Source: an uncultured archaeon
GTDB lineage: Archaea > Asgardarchaeota > Thorarchaeia > Thorarchaeales > Thorarchaeaceae
Assembly (NCBI GenBank): GCA_964458565.1
Contig: CAYWJO010000022.1
Location: 1 to 51,302, forward strand
Length of the DNA: 51,302 nucleotides
Direction of reading: 5' to 3'
This document shows positions 8,453 through 18,252 of the stretch, in pieces. The position numbers were made by a program, and so were the translations under genes. Below the pieces are notes generated by a model, which was given only the letters and a program-made list of their open reading frames with translations, did not search any database and was not told the origin of the DNA. Each line of letters opens with the position of its first letter. Within the stretch, counting starts at the first letter, position 1.

Positions 8453-9375
8453 TGCTGTTTAGCCTCCTCACGTTTGATACGCATTCTACCCAGATGGCTA
8501 GTTGCGTAATCAAATCTATAGAACATACTAAGTGGATCAGGAACTTGTATCCTCAGTGCTTCTGGATCATTAGGTGCGTAGGTACCAAGCATGGACATCG
8601 AAGCTGCACCATGGTCGGACATAATCGGTGGCGGTGGTCCAAAGCATCCACGGCATGTGGTTCCATGACTCACGCATTGCCCCTCACAGAGACCCCATGT
8701 TGAAGAACCAAGACAGATGTAGCCTTGTTCCAACAGACAGCGGTCTGGATCTGCATGACCTGAAAAAGGTCGGAGAATCTCTGGGATAGGTGTTTCCTTC
8801 TTCTCGCGATCACAATAGTGGCATACCGTATGTGTGGGTAATTCAAGTTCCTTACCTTCAAGTAATGCTGTCACCGCAGTTAAGATGAGCTTCGATGTGG
8901 GGGGACAACCGGGTAGGAATATATCAAAGTCTACAAAGTCAGTGTTTGGTCTTACTACAGGTTCGATAGCAGGTAAATTCTCAGAAGGTACTTTACCACC
9001 ACTGAATGTTTTATTCTCTCTAAACTTTGTGGTTAGACATTCTTCAATATCATAGAAGTTAGCTAATCCAGGGATACCTCCGAAACATGAACATGAACCA
9101 AATGCAATGAGAATTTGACACTTCTCACGCATGACTTTCAGAAGATGAATGTCCTCCGCAGTCCTAGCCATACCCTCGAAAAAGCCGACTACGATTGACT
9201 TATCGGGGTAACCTTCAAGGTCAGAGAGTTTGTAATCAACAACAGCTTGCCAGTATTTGATATCAAGCAAAGGTAAGACTGTCGCTAGATTTAGATGAAT
9301 GTCTACAAGACTTTGGAAGCATCCCCAGCAGGAACTTCCTTGTCCCATTGCGACTGGTACAGGATCTGCCACCAT
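8449..9375 (-). CDS. vhuG: F420-non-reducing hydrogenase small subunit VhuG/MvhG
   Basis: SSCWGC, FGSCSCFGGIPGL, LPGCPP, VCHYCDR, CLLEQGYICLG, CRGCFGP. Confidence 0.92.
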   Translation of the reverse strand: MVADPVPVAMGQGSSCWGCFQSLVDIHLNLATVLPLLDIKYWQAVVDYKLSDLEGYPDKSIVVGFFEGMARTAEDIHLLKVMREKCQILIAFGSCSCFGGIPGLANFYDIEECLTTKFRENKTFSGGKVPSENLPAIEPVVRPNTDFVDFDIFLPGCPPTSKLILTAVTALLEGKELELPTHTVCHYCDREKKETPIPEILRPFSGHADPDRCLLEQGYICLGSSTWGLCEGQCVSHGTTCRGCFGPPPPIMSDHGAASMSMLGTYAPNDPEALRIQVPDPLSMFYRFDYATSHLGRMRIKREEAKQH

Positions 9376-9614
9376 TAGACCTCCTTAAGTGCGTAGATGA
9401 GTTCATGTTCATCTTCACCCACTACATCCACATCACCCCAACGAATCATACCTACTAAATTCCAAAGAAGGAGATCCTTTGGCATTTTTGTGGATTTGTG
9501 AAGTTCACTTATTGTTGCTGGATTACCAGAGAGTGTTTTGAAAATCACACTGCGTTGTTTCCTTACATCCCTACGGTTTTGTTGGAAATAACTTTCATAA
9601 TTTCTCATTTCCAT
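9375..9614 (-). CDS. Small winged-helix-like protein embedded in hydrogenase operon
   Basis: 79 aa, coupled to both neighbours; PATISELHKSTKMPKDLLLWNLVGMIRWGDV HTH-like pattern. Confidence 0.7.
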   Translation of the reverse strand: MEMRNYESYFQQNRRDVRKQRSVIFKTLSGNPATISELHKSTKMPKDLLLWNLVGMIRWGDVDVVGEDEHELIYALKEV

Positions 9615-10048
9615 TCCCTCTCGATAGGACCAAGTTCTTTGACTTGATTAATGAGTGTTCTAACACCATCTGCGAATATCTGCGCTTCTGATGCGCTCGC
9701 CCATTGTAACCTAACGCGTTTTGGATTTACTCCAGATTGCTCTATAGATCTCTCCATAAGCGCCCAACGAGCTTGTAGTTTTAGATTCCCACTCGTATAG
9801 TGACAATCACCAGGATGGCAACCACTTACGAGTACTCCATCAGCACCCATATCTAATGCAGCGAGTATGAACTCGACGTTAATCCTACCAGTACAATTTA
9901 CTCGTAGAATCCTAGCATTGGTGGGGTACTGAATACGACTTGTACCAGCCAGGTCAGCTCCCGCATACGAGCACCAATTGCAGCAATAAGCGAGAATCCT
10001 TGGCTCCCATTGTTCTTCTACCGTCTGTTGTTCTGTTGCTGTTACCAT
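9605..10048 (-). CDS. mvhD: MvhD/VhuD (second copy)
   Basis: YCCNWCSYAGADLAG, RVNCTGRI, GCHPGDCHY, WASASEA. Confidence 0.95.
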   Translation of the reverse strand: MVTATEQQTVEEQWEPRILAYCCNWCSYAGADLAGTSRIQYPTNARILRVNCTGRINVEFILAALDMGADGVLVSGCHPGDCHYTSGNLKLQARWALMERSIEQSGVNPKRVRLQWASASEAQIFADGVRTLINQVKELGPIEREWK

Positions 10049-11793
10049 TAGACTCCACCTCCTTCTGGTGCCATTGGACAGAGATACGCCTCCACCATGG
10101 CAAGAATTTGACCGTCTGTTGAATGCAGCATTGTGATGGCACTACTTGGACACGCTGCGGCACAAGTTCCACAACCATGGCACTTGGCTTCGGTCACTAA
10201 TGCTACTGGAGGGTCTCTCGACTCATCCATTGAGATAGCATTGTAAGCACAGGCTGTCACACAAGTATGGCATGAGGAGCAGAGGTCAGGAAGAACTTGA
10301 GCGACTGTTGATTCAATTTCAACTTCACCTTTTGCCATGAGAGATACAGCTTTGGCTGCAGCACCACTAGCATCAACAACTGCTTCAGTTGCATTCTTTG
10401 CCGCTTGCGCAGTACCTGCAATCATAACACCTGCTGTATGGGTCGTTAACGGAGCTAACTTAATGTGCTCAGGATTGAAGAACCCATCACCACTTCGAGT
10501 GAGACCGAATAGCTTAGCAGTTTCAGCAACATCATCTGGGGGAACCATTGCTGAAGCAAGAACAATGATATCAGGATCAAACTTGAGTTCATCGTCTGAG
10601 AGAACATCATGCCATTTTATTGAGAGCTTTCCATTGTCCATTGTAACGTCTGGTTTGGCATTTTTGGGGAACTTTGTGTAAATGACATGCTTTGCTCTTG
10701 CTAACCGATAGAATTCTTCATGACCTTTACCGTATGTTCTAATATCTTGATAGAGAATTAAAACTTCATCAGCATGGTCACGAATATCAGCTGCAGCCTT
10801 CGCGATTGCAGAACAACAGTATCGAGAGCAGTGCTCATGGCCTTTTATTTCGGGTTCTCTGGAACCCACACAACCAATGAATGCTACTTTCTTGATAGGC
10901 TTGCCATCACTAGGACGTTTGAGCTGGTCTTTTACATCCATCTCTTGAAACTCTGCAAGAGTCATGATATCTGGCGATAACTTATACCCATAACGATCAA
11001 CAGGTGGGAATGATTTGAATCCAGTAGTTACAATGACTGTGCCGATATCCAGAATTTCTTCCTTATTTGTTTTTGAATTCTTAACAGTTACTTCGAAGTT
11101 ACCAACATATCCGTCAAAAATAGATATTTTGGAGTCCGTCATCACTCTGATGTTCTTGTGGCTATTTGCTTTACGAATCATCGGCTCAAGAATTTCAGCA
11201 CCGGTTTTATCGGATGGAAACACATGATTCCATTTGGCAACATTTCCTCCAATAGTAGATTCTTTCTCAACCAAGACAACCTCAAATCCACGTTCAGCAA
11301 TATCAAGCGCTGCTCGTATTCCAGCTATTCCTGCACCTACAATGAGTGTCCGGGGTTCGATTTTGACTGTCTTGATAGGAAGTGCTGTTAGTTTAGCTGC
11401 TCTAGCGACAGACATTCTAACTAGATCAATTGCTTTCTGAGTCGCTAGCTCCGGTTCTCGCATATGACACCATGAAACATGCTCTCTCAAGTTGACTTGA
11501 TCGTATAGATACCGATTCAAACCAGCCTCTTCAACAACTCGTCGAAATGTTGGTTCATGCATTCTGGGGGAACACGAAGCTACTACCACACGATCTAAAT
11601 TCAATTCCTTAATCTTGTCACGGATGAGCTGTTGTCCTGAATCTGCACAGGTAAACATCGTATGCGTGGAATAGACTACATTTGGAAAAGAATTAGCTTG
11701 GTCCGATACTGCCTCAACATCTACAGTTCCTGCAATATTATGACCACAGTGACACACAAAGACACCTATTCTATGTTCAACTTGTTCCGTCAT
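10048..11793 (-). CDS. hdrA: HdrA paralog (581 aa) with N-terminal and C-terminal Fe-S domains but no inserted ferredoxin
   Basis: GVFVCHCGHNIA, SCSPRMHE, GAGIAG, CVGSR, CSRYCC, C-terminal CSSCHTC/CHGCGTC. Confidence 0.9.
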   Translation of the reverse strand: MTEQVEHRIGVFVCHCGHNIAGTVDVEAVSDQANSFPNVVYSTHTMFTCADSGQQLIRDKIKELNLDRVVVASCSPRMHEPTFRRVVEEAGLNRYLYDQVNLREHVSWCHMREPELATQKAIDLVRMSVARAAKLTALPIKTVKIEPRTLIVGAGIAGIRAALDIAERGFEVVLVEKESTIGGNVAKWNHVFPSDKTGAEILEPMIRKANSHKNIRVMTDSKISIFDGYVGNFEVTVKNSKTNKEEILDIGTVIVTTGFKSFPPVDRYGYKLSPDIMTLAEFQEMDVKDQLKRPSDGKPIKKVAFIGCVGSREPEIKGHEHCSRYCCSAIAKAAADIRDHADEVLILYQDIRTYGKGHEEFYRLARAKHVIYTKFPKNAKPDVTMDNGKLSIKWHDVLSDDELKFDPDIIVLASAMVPPDDVAETAKLFGLTRSGDGFFNPEHIKLAPLTTHTAGVMIAGTAQAAKNATEAVVDASGAAAKAVSLMAKGEVEIESTVAQVLPDLCSSCHTCVTACAYNAISMDESRDPPVALVTEAKCHGCGTCAAACPSSAITMLHSTDGQILAMVEAYLCPMAPEGGGV

Positions 11794-11795
11794 TT

Positions 11796-12659
11796 TTAGA
11801 CCTCCATAATCCCATTCGGGCTGATTTTGTTGAATTCAATGCCTAACGAGTCTTCATCGATTCCAATCGCCTTTCCCAAAAACTGCGGTAGAGTTAGTAC
11901 TGGGATTCGCTCTGAGGATTCAACAGATTCATCGAATTGAACAGAAGTCAATTGGATATCACAGAATACACAAGCAGTCACAATTCCATCAGCTTTGGCT
12001 TCTCTAACATTCCTGATTTTATCAAGACCAATCTTTGTGGCAACTCCCTCGTCCATTGCAAGCATAGGTCCACCACAGCAACGTGTTTTACCCGTATAAT
12101 CAACTGCAGTTCCGCCTGCTAGCTCGATAATATGATCAATGATTGTAGGATTCTGTGGATCATCAACTTGTACAATTTCATAGGGCCTTGTAACGTGACA
12201 TCCGTAATGAGCTGCAAGTCGCACACCATGATAGGGTCTGATAACAGCGGATTTAATCGCATCGTAACCTATGTCTTCATTGAATATTTGTAGGAGATGT
12301 TTTACCTGTATCTTACCAGTATATTCAAGACCCTCCTCCTTGAGAAGATCATTAACCTCCTTCCGTAACTCTTCATCATGGTCTAATTCATGCTTCACAG
12401 TCTTCAGAGAACCAGAACAAGCACCACATATAGCAAGAATGTCAAGTCCCATCTTCTCAGCAATTGCTAAAATTCGACCACTCATTGCTAGGAAGGCTTT
12501 GTGACTTGTTGACTCTACATATTGCGCACCACAACAATTTGCATCTGCCATCTCGACAATACTAATTCCAAGCTTTTCAAGAACTGCCTTGACTGAAGCT
12601 TCGTAAGATGGAAGACGGACAGGGGTTGTACAACCAGTATACAGTACATATTCTTTCAT
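11796..12659 (-). CDS. hdrB: Heterodisulfide reductase subunit B (second copy)
   Basis: TGC, NCCG, ICGAC, HYGCH, RCCGG, ACVFC motifs. Confidence 0.93.
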   Translation of the reverse strand: MKEYVLYTGCTTPVRLPSYEASVKAVLEKLGISIVEMADANCCGAQYVESTSHKAFLAMSGRILAIAEKMGLDILAICGACSGSLKTVKHELDHDEELRKEVNDLLKEEGLEYTGKIQVKHLLQIFNEDIGYDAIKSAVIRPYHGVRLAAHYGCHVTRPYEIVQVDDPQNPTIIDHIIELAGGTAVDYTGKTRCCGGPMLAMDEGVATKIGLDKIRNVREAKADGIVTACVFCDIQLTSVQFDESVESSERIPVLTLPQFLGKAIGIDEDSLGIEFNKISPNGIMEV

Positions 12660-13150
12660 TTAGTTCCCTCCTGATAATACACTTCCTTCAGTTTCTTGGG
12701 GAAAGCATTATTCCAATCGAGCTCAGGATTGAGACCAAGTTCTTCTCTGTCATCCATAGTCATGTCAGAATAAGAATCCTTGAGCAACCACCCATCCTTA
12801 AGCACGGTCTCTACCGTTTTCTTGAAAGCATTAGGAATGTGTCCTTCCTTAGCAGCGATTTCACGAACTGCATGGAAAATCTCAGCAATACTGACATCTT
12901 CCTGACATCGTTCTTCACACATACGACATGTCATGCAGAGCCAAGGGAGTTCACTCTTCAAAACCTCTTCACGGGCTCCGAGAAGGATTTTCTGAATCAA
13001 CTTTCTAGGTCGATATTTATTCTCGTAAGTCGCAACCATGCAGCTTGCAGTACATATACCACATTGAACGCATTTGTTGATTCCCTCACCACTTGGGTGT
13101 CGAGATATCTCTTCTGCAAAGTCAGACGTTGGTGTATACGCTTCTTTCAT
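12656..13150 (-). CDS. hdrC: Heterodisulfide reductase subunit C (second copy)
   Basis: CVQCGICTASC and WLCMTCRMCEERC. Confidence 0.93.
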   Translation of the reverse strand: MKEAYTPTSDFAEEISRHPSGEGINKCVQCGICTASCMVATYENKYRPRKLIQKILLGAREEVLKSELPWLCMTCRMCEERCQEDVSIAEIFHAVREIAAKEGHIPNAFKKTVETVLKDGWLLKDSYSDMTMDDREELGLNPELDWNNAFPKKLKEVYYQEGTK

Positions 13151-13152
13151 CT

Positions 13153-15903
13153 TTACTTACCCTCCTTACTTTTTGAGAGCATGATACTCGCTCTCATTGC
13201 AGCAGCACTGCCTGCTGATACTGAATCGGGAATGTCTTTTGGACCATCGGCGCACCCACATACAAATACACCCCGTGTGAGTGTGTCCACAGGTTCTGTA
13301 ATAGAGTCCATGACACTTACAAATCCATCATCTGAAAGACCAATTCCAAGTTCAGCTGCTAAGTCCTCCAAATCTTCCGGAGGTAAAAGTCCAGGACTGA
13401 TGATGATCAAATCATGCTCGATATCCTGAATTTCGCCAGTCTCAATATTCTCGACTCGTACGACAAGGTTTCCATTCTCTTTTTCGGTAACCTCTCCGAC
13501 TCTCCCACGAGTAAAACCAACACCAAATTGGCTCTGTGCTCTCTCATAGAATTGTTCGAAGTCTTTTCCGAAGGCTCGGATATCTGCGTAATAGATATTC
13601 ACATTCGATTCGGGGTGATGTTCTTTTGTCATCACACCCAATTTTATTCCATACATGCAACATACTCGGGAGCAATATGGAACGCCTTTATCAACATCTC
13701 TTGATCCAACGCATTGAATGAAACCAATACTATGTGGTATTTTTCCATCACTTAATCGAATGAGGTGACCATGTGTTGGCCCAGCTGCATTCATGAGCCG
13801 CTCGTATTCCATAGCATGTAGGACATTCGGATACTTACCATATCCCAGACGCGGATATTGAGTAACATCAAAGAGTTTCCATCCTGTGGCAACAATAATT
13901 GCGCCTACATTTAGATCAAGAACAGTATCAGTCATTGAATGATCAATTGCTTCTCGTTGACAAGCTGCAACACATTGTTCACATTCACAACAGACGGCGC
14001 ATCCAAGACATCGCTCGGCTTCAGCAATTGCTGTATCCCGATTGAATCCGATTTCCACTTCTGTGAAATTGGTCCTCCTGCTTACGAGACCCGCTTTAGG
14101 CATAACAGAACGAGATTCTACCTTAACGTCATCCTTCGGTACTTCAAAGGATTGAACCCGATTTCTCTCCTTGTATCTCCCTTCACCAATATTCTCACCT
14201 TGGAGATATCTGTCAATAGAAATCGCAGCTTCCTTCCCATGACCAACAGCTTTCACAACAGTTAATGGTCCTGAAACGACATCGCCACCAGCAAACACAC
14301 CAGGTATGTTTGTTTCAAGAGTCTGAGGATTAACGTCAACTGTACTCCACTTAGAGCAATTGCAGTCGGTTTGTACTCCTGCAGGATCAGCAGCTTGACC
14401 AATAGCTACTATGATGTTATCAACAGCCATTGTAAACTCGCTGTTTGGGATTGGTACAGGTCTTCTTCGTCCAGAATGGTCTGGTTCACCGAGACGCATC
14501 TTCACACATCGGATTCCTGAAATGGCACCATGTGCTGAAATGATATTAATAGGATTTGTGAGTAGCATGTATTTGATTCCCTCATTTCGAGAATCATCCA
14601 CTTCACTTGGTATTGCAGGTAGTTCAACATGAGATCGACGGTACACTACTGTGACTTCTTTGGCTCCAAGTCGAAGAGCTACTCTGGCTGAGTCAACAGC
14701 AGCATCTCCACCACCTACCACGACTACTTTCTCTCCAATGGGTAGATATTCATGGCATGCAGCTTTCTCGAGGAAATCAATCGCGTGGTAGACACCTTTT
14801 ATGTCTTCACCAGGGATACCCATTTTGTTACTTTGAGCGGCTCCTGTGGCGATAAAGACTGCTTTGAATCCCTGTTCTTCTGTTAGTTTCTTAATAGAGT
14901 TGATCTTGGTTTTTGTCTTAATCTTTACACCCATATCAATAACACGTTGAATTTCTTCTTCGAGAATCTCTCGTGGTAATCGATACTCAGGAATTGAATA
15001 TCGTAGAAGACCACCTGGCTTATCCTTCGCTTCAAAGATAGTCACTGGATAACCCTTCCTAGCAAGCTGATATGCACAGCTTATTCCAGCAGGCCCAGCG
15101 CCAATGATAGCCACTTTGTCCTCTTTGTCAATATTGACTTCAATAGGAGCAGGCTCTCCAATTGATCGTTCGTAATCAGCCAAGAATCTATGAAGATTTC
15201 TTATACTTATGCTCTCATCCAGCATTCCCCGCTCGCATTCGGCTTCACAGAAACTGACACATACTCGTCCAAGTACACCTGGGAATGGTATTGAATCCCG
15301 TACTATCTCAAGAGCCTCTTTGAACTTACCATGACGAATCATGGTAACGAAACCCTGTGCGTTCACCTCTGCAGGGCATGTTGCTCTGCAGGCAGGCTCT
15401 CCCTTTTTGGAGACGGTGTATGTGTTGGGTGTAGCTTGTGGAAATGGTTGATAGATAGCCTTTCTAAAGCCTAACCCCCACTCGAATTCATTGGGCACTT
15501 CTACCGGACATACTTCCACGCAGTCTCCGCATCCACTACATTTGTCCTCATCAACGTAACGAGCTCGTCTATGGATCTTTACATTAAAATCGCCCGCCTC
15601 ACCTATCACTGATTTAAGCTCAGAATATGTCAAGAGATTGATGTTAGGGTGACGAGCTACTTCAGATAGCTTTGGTGTCAGAATACATGCAGAACAATCC
15701 AATGTCGGAAAGGTTTTATCAATAGCAGCCATTCGGCCCCCAATCGATGAATTCTTGTCCAACAGATAAACTGGAAATCCCTGATTTGCAAGATCAAGGG
15801 CTGCAGTCATCCCGGCGACACCGCCTCCAATAACGAGAGCGGCAGGACCATTATGGTCGGTTTCACTGGTGGTAGATGATTTATCGACACGCTCTACTGT
15901 CAA
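13153..15903 (-). CDS. hdrA: HdrA paralog (916 aa) with inserted ferredoxin + GltD/NfnB-like NAD(P)H module, lacking N-terminal domain and C-terminal ferredoxin
   Basis: Begins near ALVIGGGVAG; TFPTLDCSACIL, GAGPAG, GGGDAAVDSAR/YRRS, QCVGSR, CSRVCC, GPKDIP; TTG start after GGAGG. Confidence 0.9.
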   Translation of the reverse strand: MTVERVDKSSTTSETDHNGPAALVIGGGVAGMTAALDLANQGFPVYLLDKNSSIGGRMAAIDKTFPTLDCSACILTPKLSEVARHPNINLLTYSELKSVIGEAGDFNVKIHRRARYVDEDKCSGCGDCVEVCPVEVPNEFEWGLGFRKAIYQPFPQATPNTYTVSKKGEPACRATCPAEVNAQGFVTMIRHGKFKEALEIVRDSIPFPGVLGRVCVSFCEAECERGMLDESISIRNLHRFLADYERSIGEPAPIEVNIDKEDKVAIIGAGPAGISCAYQLARKGYPVTIFEAKDKPGGLLRYSIPEYRLPREILEEEIQRVIDMGVKIKTKTKINSIKKLTEEQGFKAVFIATGAAQSNKMGIPGEDIKGVYHAIDFLEKAACHEYLPIGEKVVVVGGGDAAVDSARVALRLGAKEVTVVYRRSHVELPAIPSEVDDSRNEGIKYMLLTNPINIISAHGAISGIRCVKMRLGEPDHSGRRRPVPIPNSEFTMAVDNIIVAIGQAADPAGVQTDCNCSKWSTVDVNPQTLETNIPGVFAGGDVVSGPLTVVKAVGHGKEAAISIDRYLQGENIGEGRYKERNRVQSFEVPKDDVKVESRSVMPKAGLVSRRTNFTEVEIGFNRDTAIAEAERCLGCAVCCECEQCVAACQREAIDHSMTDTVLDLNVGAIIVATGWKLFDVTQYPRLGYGKYPNVLHAMEYERLMNAAGPTHGHLIRLSDGKIPHSIGFIQCVGSRDVDKGVPYCSRVCCMYGIKLGVMTKEHHPESNVNIYYADIRAFGKDFEQFYERAQSQFGVGFTRGRVGEVTEKENGNLVVRVENIETGEIQDIEHDLIIISPGLLPPEDLEDLAAELGIGLSDDGFVSVMDSITEPVDTLTRGVFVCGCADGPKDIPDSVSAGSAAAMRASIMLSKSKEGK

Positions 15904-16004
15904 ATGTTGTCCTCCTTGATATGGAGTATCTTCTAATGCTGATAGATTTCAGCTCTATTCCAAAGTAATTGAAACAAAATGATATAATAGACTTGCCGTT
16001 TCTT

Positions 16005-16029
16005 AAACCAATACATATAGTATTGGTTT
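16005..16029. promoter_or_regulatory. Perfect inverted repeat, candidate operator upstream of the hdr-vhu operon
   Basis: AAACCAATAC-ATATA-GTATTGGTTT, about 100 bp upstream of hdrA' start in an AT-rich intergenic region. Confidence 0.5.
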
Positions 16030-16380
16030 TAGTTCGTAATCAAACAGCCTTTTAAATAACATGTTCGAAACTAGTCAATTATATAGATACTTACGACTTG
16101 TAGTATATAAATGGAAGAGATGAGAATAATCGTAATTATTGAACCCAATTAATCATCAAAAATAATTACCAAATAGTACTCTATGAACATATTTGTTTTC
16201 AATTCGAAACGGATTATCGTTTATTATTATCAAAGGAACCGTGTCATCATTCAATTGTTTTTTCGCTGGAAATGTTCAAAATCTGTCATAAAGAACTGAG
16301 TTTGTGAAACAATTCCATGATACATAAAAGAAAATTCTGAAAGATTTGAATGAGGGTGCAGATGCACCCTCGTTATCGAC

Positions 16381-16923
16381 TTAGCGATGGACTCCACTAA
16401 TACCAGTAATGATTCTAGCAAATCCATTTGCAATGAAAATGATGACAAATAAGACTACAGCAATATTCCATCCAAATGAAGGATAGAACCATACCAAAGT
16501 CCCAAGTAGTAAGTTCAAAAATCCTACAACTATTTGAAGTAATCGCCACCATCCCTCAGCTTCAGCTTCAACGAATCCAAATAATATTCTAGAGATTCCA
16601 ATCGAAATCAATGCAATTGCGATAAACATTACAATGATTAGAATTGTCATGTATTGAAAGATATACACTAGGAATGCCATTAATGAAGCGATTAAGCCTC
16701 CTAGTACATTCACAATTCTTGAAGTCTTCTTCATTTCCACAACAGCAATACCTTTGATTATTCGTGAAAATCCAAACAAGAGTATCACTATTGAAACCAA
16801 CATTAGAAGAGCCAATTGGGCAAGTGTGATGTCGATTATCATCCAGACACCAATTATGATTGATATAATACCAATCACGATGTCCAATCCTCTTAGCCAA
16901 GTTGGATATTTCATCATGGCCAT
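16381..16923 (-). CDS. HdeD/DUF308-like membrane protein (~6 TM)
   Basis: Repeating TM pairs with GxxRI motifs; paralog of 17565-18104. Confidence 0.75.
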   Translation of the reverse strand: MAMMKYPTWLRGLDIVIGIISIIIGVWMIIDITLAQLALLMLVSIVILLFGFSRIIKGIAVVEMKKTSRIVNVLGGLIASLMAFLVYIFQYMTILIIVMFIAIALISIGISRILFGFVEAEAEGWWRLLQIVVGFLNLLLGTLVWFYPSFGWNIAVVLFVIIFIANGFARIITGISGVHR

Positions 16924-16943
16924 TTCTTATAACCTCCATTAAT

Positions 16944-17519
16944 TTAGAAGAGAGTTCGTTCATCCGTCTGTTTACGAAGGAACATTCCCCATAACAGAAG
17001 AACAATAGAACCTACAATTGCACCTACACCAACAAAAATACCTAGAAAGACAGATAGATCCTGCAAAACAGCTGCAAAGAAGGCGATGTTGAGAAATGCA
17101 TATACATTTCCAATAAAACCAATTACAACGCCTATTGTACCTATTATGAGAAACCGTGAGCCGTAATATTGTATCCGATCATAGGATTTCTCTGCGACAT
17201 CATCCCATGTTACATTGTGTTTGCTTGGGCGTCCCTCTGCCTTTGGTGCCAATTTTTTCCTTAGTCGTTTTCCTTCTGATCGCATCCAATATAGTCCCCA
17301 AAAAACCAAGAATATTCCAATGACAATGAATGCTACTCCGATAAAGAAAGCGCCTAATATCACATATGGAAGTGCAAGACTTCCATAAACAAAATAGGTC
17401 AAAATAGAATAGACCAAACTCATCAGACCAATTGCAATTAGTATAACACTACTAACAATGTACTTTGCTGCTATCGATATGATATTAACACTAGCTTCAA
17501 CATCCGCATCTTTTGACAT
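16944..17519 (-). CDS. Hypothetical membrane protein (4 TM, two hairpins)
   Basis: 191 aa with four hydrophobic segments; GAGG upstream of start. Confidence 0.75.
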   Translation of the reverse strand: MSKDADVEASVNIISIAAKYIVSSVILIAIGLMSLVYSILTYFVYGSLALPYVILGAFFIGVAFIVIGIFLVFWGLYWMRSEGKRLRKKLAPKAEGRPSKHNVTWDDVAEKSYDRIQYYGSRFLIIGTIGVVIGFIGNVYAFLNIAFFAAVLQDLSVFLGIFVGVGAIVGSIVLLLWGMFLRKQTDERTLF

Positions 17520-17564
17520 AATTTCTACCTCTAGTTCTTAATTAAATTGAAAACATACTGAAGA

Positions 17565-18104
17565 TTATCCGACATCTCCGACTATATTGGACACACGCAA
17601 TATACCCAACGCAATTAGTCCACCACTTACAACAATGGTAAGAACGTATTCTCCCATTTCACCAAAGACAAGTGCAGCAAATCCCAAGAAGAATGCAACT
17701 GTTCCAATTAGAATGTAAGCCGCTCTAGTCTTAATCGAAAGAGATTCTTCTTTGAATCCAACCACAGCTCTAGCTAACCCAAGTATCATAATTGCAAAAC
17801 CAACTAGTCCCATAATGTATAGATAGGCTAGATCTTGCAGGAAGTAGACAAGGAGTCCAACAAGTATCGCGATTATCCCTGCGGAAGCTTTTGTTACTCG
17901 TGTTATTTTTGACAAATGCTTAAGTGAGTAACTCTTGATTATTCTAGCAAATCCAATTAACAGTAATCCAAGCATCAATACTAAAACCACTAATGGTTCA
18001 GTGTATACTGGATTGAACATTAACCAAATACCAACAGTTATGGTAACCAAACCAACAATGAGGTCTAAAATTCTTACCCAACTTGGCGCGAATACTTCAG
18101 TCAT
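17565..18104 (-). CDS. HdeD/DUF308-like membrane protein (~6 TM)
   Basis: PSWVRILDLIVG...GFARII...GLARAV pattern parallel to 16381-16923. Confidence 0.75.
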   Translation of the reverse strand: MTEVFAPSWVRILDLIVGLVTITVGIWLMFNPVYTEPLVVLVLMLGLLLIGFARIIKSYSLKHLSKITRVTKASAGIIAILVGLLVYFLQDLAYLYIMGLVGFAIMILGLARAVVGFKEESLSIKTRAAYILIGTVAFFLGFAALVFGEMGEYVLTIVVSGGLIALGILRVSNIVGDVG

Positions 18105-18252
18105 ACCTTAATGTAGAGATACTGCTAGATATTATACTTTGCCATTGTTTTAAGCAATTTAAAAAAATAATTGACATCCTAAAAGTAAGACTAAAATGGA
18201 AGACCAATGAAATCTAACTCGTCAATATCGTAAAGATAGATTTGGCTGGTGA

